From Candidatus Omnitrophota bacterium (GTDB taxonomy: Bacteria; Omnitrophota; Gorgyraeia; Gygaellales; Profunditerraquicolaceae), in the NCBI GenBank assembly GCA_041651035.1, contig JBAZKC010000001.1, forward strand, positions 451,244-515,243: 64,000 bases of DNA. Direction: 5' to 3'. Below, in pieces: positions 61,855 through 64,000 of this stretch. How positions within the stretch are numbered: position 1 is the first letter of the stretch; each line of letters starts with the position of its first letter. The position numbers and the translations under genes were made by a program. The notes beneath the pieces are model-generated. The model worked only from the letters and a program-made list of their open reading frames with translations. It made no database searches and was not told where the DNA came from.

Positions 61855-63636
61855 ATGAAACCACCTTATGAATTTAAAAAGTTTTGTTTAGTCTTATTAA
61901 TGGGTATGCTGATTTGCTCTTTAATGGGATGTTCAGCATGTTCAAAGAGCGTCGTCAGACTGCAAGGCCATCTTCAAGAATATCCGATTGCCACCGATGT
62001 TGTTACGACACTAAAGAGGACAGTCGTGCCTGGGCCAAAACCAACAGTCAAGATCAGTCTTGATGAGGTCTCAAAATATAAGCAATACGGATATGGCAAC
62101 TGGACGTTTGGCGGTCCTCTTGATTCCGTAACGCGAACCGATATTATGCCGGCTTTTTATGATGAAGCCACTGTTACTAAAAAAGCAAAACTTTTAAGCT
62201 TCTTTACTATAACTGATATTCATATAACCGATAAAGAATCTCCTAATCAATTGATTTATCTTCAACGCTTGCATCCCAAACTACCGGTTGGCGCTTCGCT
62301 GTATTCAGGAATTATGTTGTATACCACCCAGGTTCTGGATGCTGCTGTCCAGACGATAAACACCCTTCATAAACAAAATCCGTTTGATTTCGGTATCTCT
62401 CTGGGGGATACCTGCAATAGCACACAGTACAACGAACTAAGGTGGTATATCGATGTTCTTGACGGCAAGGCCATTAACCCAAGCTCCGGTGCTCATCTCG
62501 GAGCCGACACCATAGATTATCAGAAGCCTTACCAGGCAGCAGGGCTTGATAAGTCTATCCCCTGGTATCAAGCTCTTGGTAACCACGATCATTTTTGGAT
62601 CGGTTCAATCCCGGTGGACTATGGCCCCAGAAAGGACCTTCGGCAGTCCTATATTAGCGACGAAGTATTTGCTACGGCAGATATCCTTACAAATCCTACG
62701 ATAATAAATAACCATGATTACTATATGGGCGTGCTTGATGGCTCGACTCCTTACGGTGATATAAAATACGCAGGGCCTGTTGCAGACTTCAAGACCCCTC
62801 CGAAGGTTGTTCCTGATTTGAACCGTCGCTCACTTTTGAGAACGGAGTGGATGAAAGAATTCTTTAACACATCAACAAACCCGCCTGGCCACGGTTTCAA
62901 CTTGGCTGACGCCAATAATGGTTTTGCCTGTTATAGTTTCGTGCCGAATACAGCTATACCAATCAAGGTTATTGTGCTTGACGACACCCAAAGGGATGAC
63001 GATGGTTCTCTCGACATCCATGGGCATGGTTTCCTTGACCAGGAGCGCTGGGATTGGTTAAAGAAAGAACTTGCGGATGGAGATGCTGCCGGTCAGCTGA
63101 TGATTATCGCCGCGCACATACCAATAGGCGTGGAAGTGACCGCGCCTAAATCTGAGATGGGTTGGTGGACAGATCCTAAAAATGCCGTGACCCTGCCGGA
63201 TCTGATTGCTGAACTTCAAAACCATCCGAATCTGATCATGTGGATTTCGGGGCATCGTCATTTAAATGTCGTTAAAGCGTTTATATCGCCTGATCCGGTT
63301 AACGCTCCCGAAAAAGGCTTTTGGCAGGTTGAGACTTCATCGTTAAGAGATTTCCCGCAGCAGTTCCGTACTTTTGAGGTCTATCTTAATAGTGACAATA
63401 CAATTTCAATCGTTACGACCGACGTTGATCCGGCAGTTAAAGAGGGATCGCTTGCTGCGAAATCGCGAACATACGCAATTGCGGCAGAGCAGATAGTCGG
63501 AGCTGATATATATGGATTTAATCCCACTAATGACCCGACCATAAAACCAATGCCTACCGGTTCATACAATGCAGAGCTTGTGAAGAAATTGAGCCCTGCG
63601 ATGCAGGCGAAGATGCAAAAGCTTGGAAAGGAATAG
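61855..63636 (+). CDS. Lipoprotein, calcineurin-like metallophosphoesterase
   Basis: Lipobox LMGC; metallophosphoesterase motifs ITDIHITD, GDTCN and GNHDH. Confidence 0.7.
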   Translation: MKPPYEFKKFCLVLLMGMLICSLMGCSACSKSVVRLQGHLQEYPIATDVVTTLKRTVVPGPKPTVKISLDEVSKYKQYGYGNWTFGGPLDSVTRTDIMPAFYDEATVTKKAKLLSFFTITDIHITDKESPNQLIYLQRLHPKLPVGASLYSGIMLYTTQVLDAAVQTINTLHKQNPFDFGISLGDTCNSTQYNELRWYIDVLDGKAINPSSGAHLGADTIDYQKPYQAAGLDKSIPWYQALGNHDHFWIGSIPVDYGPRKDLRQSYISDEVFATADILTNPTIINNHDYYMGVLDGSTPYGDIKYAGPVADFKTPPKVVPDLNRRSLLRTEWMKEFFNTSTNPPGHGFNLADANNGFACYSFVPNTAIPIKVIVLDDTQRDDDGSLDIHGHGFLDQERWDWLKKELADGDAAGQLMIIAAHIPIGVEVTAPKSEMGWWTDPKNAVTLPDLIAELQNHPNLIMWISGHRHLNVVKAFISPDPVNAPEKGFWQVETSSLRDFPQQFRTFEVYLNSDNTISIVTTDVDPAVKEGSLAAKSRTYAIAAEQIVGADIYGFNPTNDPTIKPMPTGSYNAELVKKLSPAMQAKMQKLGKE

Positions 63637-63639
63637 CGT

Positions 63640-64000
63640 ATGTTTATGAAAAGTTTACTTATGAAATTAACTTTTGTTCTGCTACTTTTTGTAAGCACAG
63701 CTTTTGCTGCCGATCCGTTGCCTTCTTGGAATAACACCGTACCTAAGAAAACCATTATCGCTTTTGTTGAGGATGTGACGAAACCCAGTTCGCAGAATTT
63801 CGTACCGGTTCAGGAACGTATTGCTACCTTTGATAACGACGGCACACTTTGGGCGGAGCAACCGATATATTTTCAGTACTACTTTGCCTTTGAGCGCGTC
63901 AAAGCACTCGCGTCGCAGCATCCGGAGTGGAAAAACCAGGAACCTTTCGCCTCTGTGCTCAAAGGCGACCTGAATACTGTGCTATCCGGAGGTGATCATG
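63640..64000 (+). CDS. Secreted HAD-superfamily acid phosphatase-like protein; 5' part only, runs off the window end
   Basis: Signal peptide MFMKSLLMKLTFVLLLFVSTAFA; HAD motif I FDNDGTLW. Confidence 0.6.
   Translation, partial: MFMKSLLMKLTFVLLLFVSTAFAADPLPSWNNTVPKKTIIAFVEDVTKPSSQNFVPVQERIATFDNDGTLWAEQPIYFQYYFAFERVKALASQHPEWKNQEPFASVLKGDLNTVLSGGDH

Overview
This is a bacterial chromosomal window spanning the replication origin. The core is rpmH | oriC/dnaA promoter | dnaA-dnaN-DUF721(dciA-like)-gyrB-gyrA on the plus strand. Upstream on the minus strand lie yidD-yidC-jagN, parAB, ndk, yicC, gmk, rpoZ, coaC, a tRNA-Cys/Leu/Val cluster, thrS-infC-rpmI-rplT, a K+ uptake module (trkA-trkA-trkH plus a small secreted protein) inserted ahead of pheS-pheT, rarA, a membrane-anchored coiled-coil protein, and the 5' end of fusA. 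Downstream of gyrA are tRNA-Glu, glmS, rsmI, and a fragmented pyrimidine cluster (pyrR-pyrB-pyrC ... carB C-terminal half ... pyrK-pyrD-pyrF). That cluster is interrupted by an EndoQ-like nuclease, tRNA-Arg, a SLOG-like protein, mutM and an ICMT-family methyltransferase. Further downstream are a Chlamydia-style V/A-type ATPase operon (E-hyp-A-B-D-I-K), tRNA-Val/Asp, an MTHFR_C-IscU-5FCL trio, rny-ymdB, a secreted TIM-barrel hydrolase, xseA-xseB-dxs, a four-subunit 2-oxoacid:ferredoxin oxidoreductase, gltX, an entericidin-like lipoprotein, tRNA-Gln, and two exported phosphatases. The content is mostly housekeeping with dense, overlapping genes. Several aaRS are shortened and carB is split, which suggests a streamlined, possibly PVC/Omnitrophota-like genome; this is inference only. 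The most unusual sequence-level signals are listed here. (1) The fusA 5' end has no canonical start codon and shows compensating frame changes inside a duplicated Pro/Glu/Lys-coding repeat. (2) A dispersed family of nested hairpins sharing a CTGCG(T)AAA(A)TCT core sits beside tRNA genes. (3) A 17-nt duplication of the tRNA-Glu 3' end lies directly upstream of glmS. (4) Identical GTTTTCCACAG DnaA-box-like motifs flank dnaA on both sides. (5) A partial duplication of the xseB start creates a uORF. No CRISPR array, rRNA or recognisable mobile element is present.
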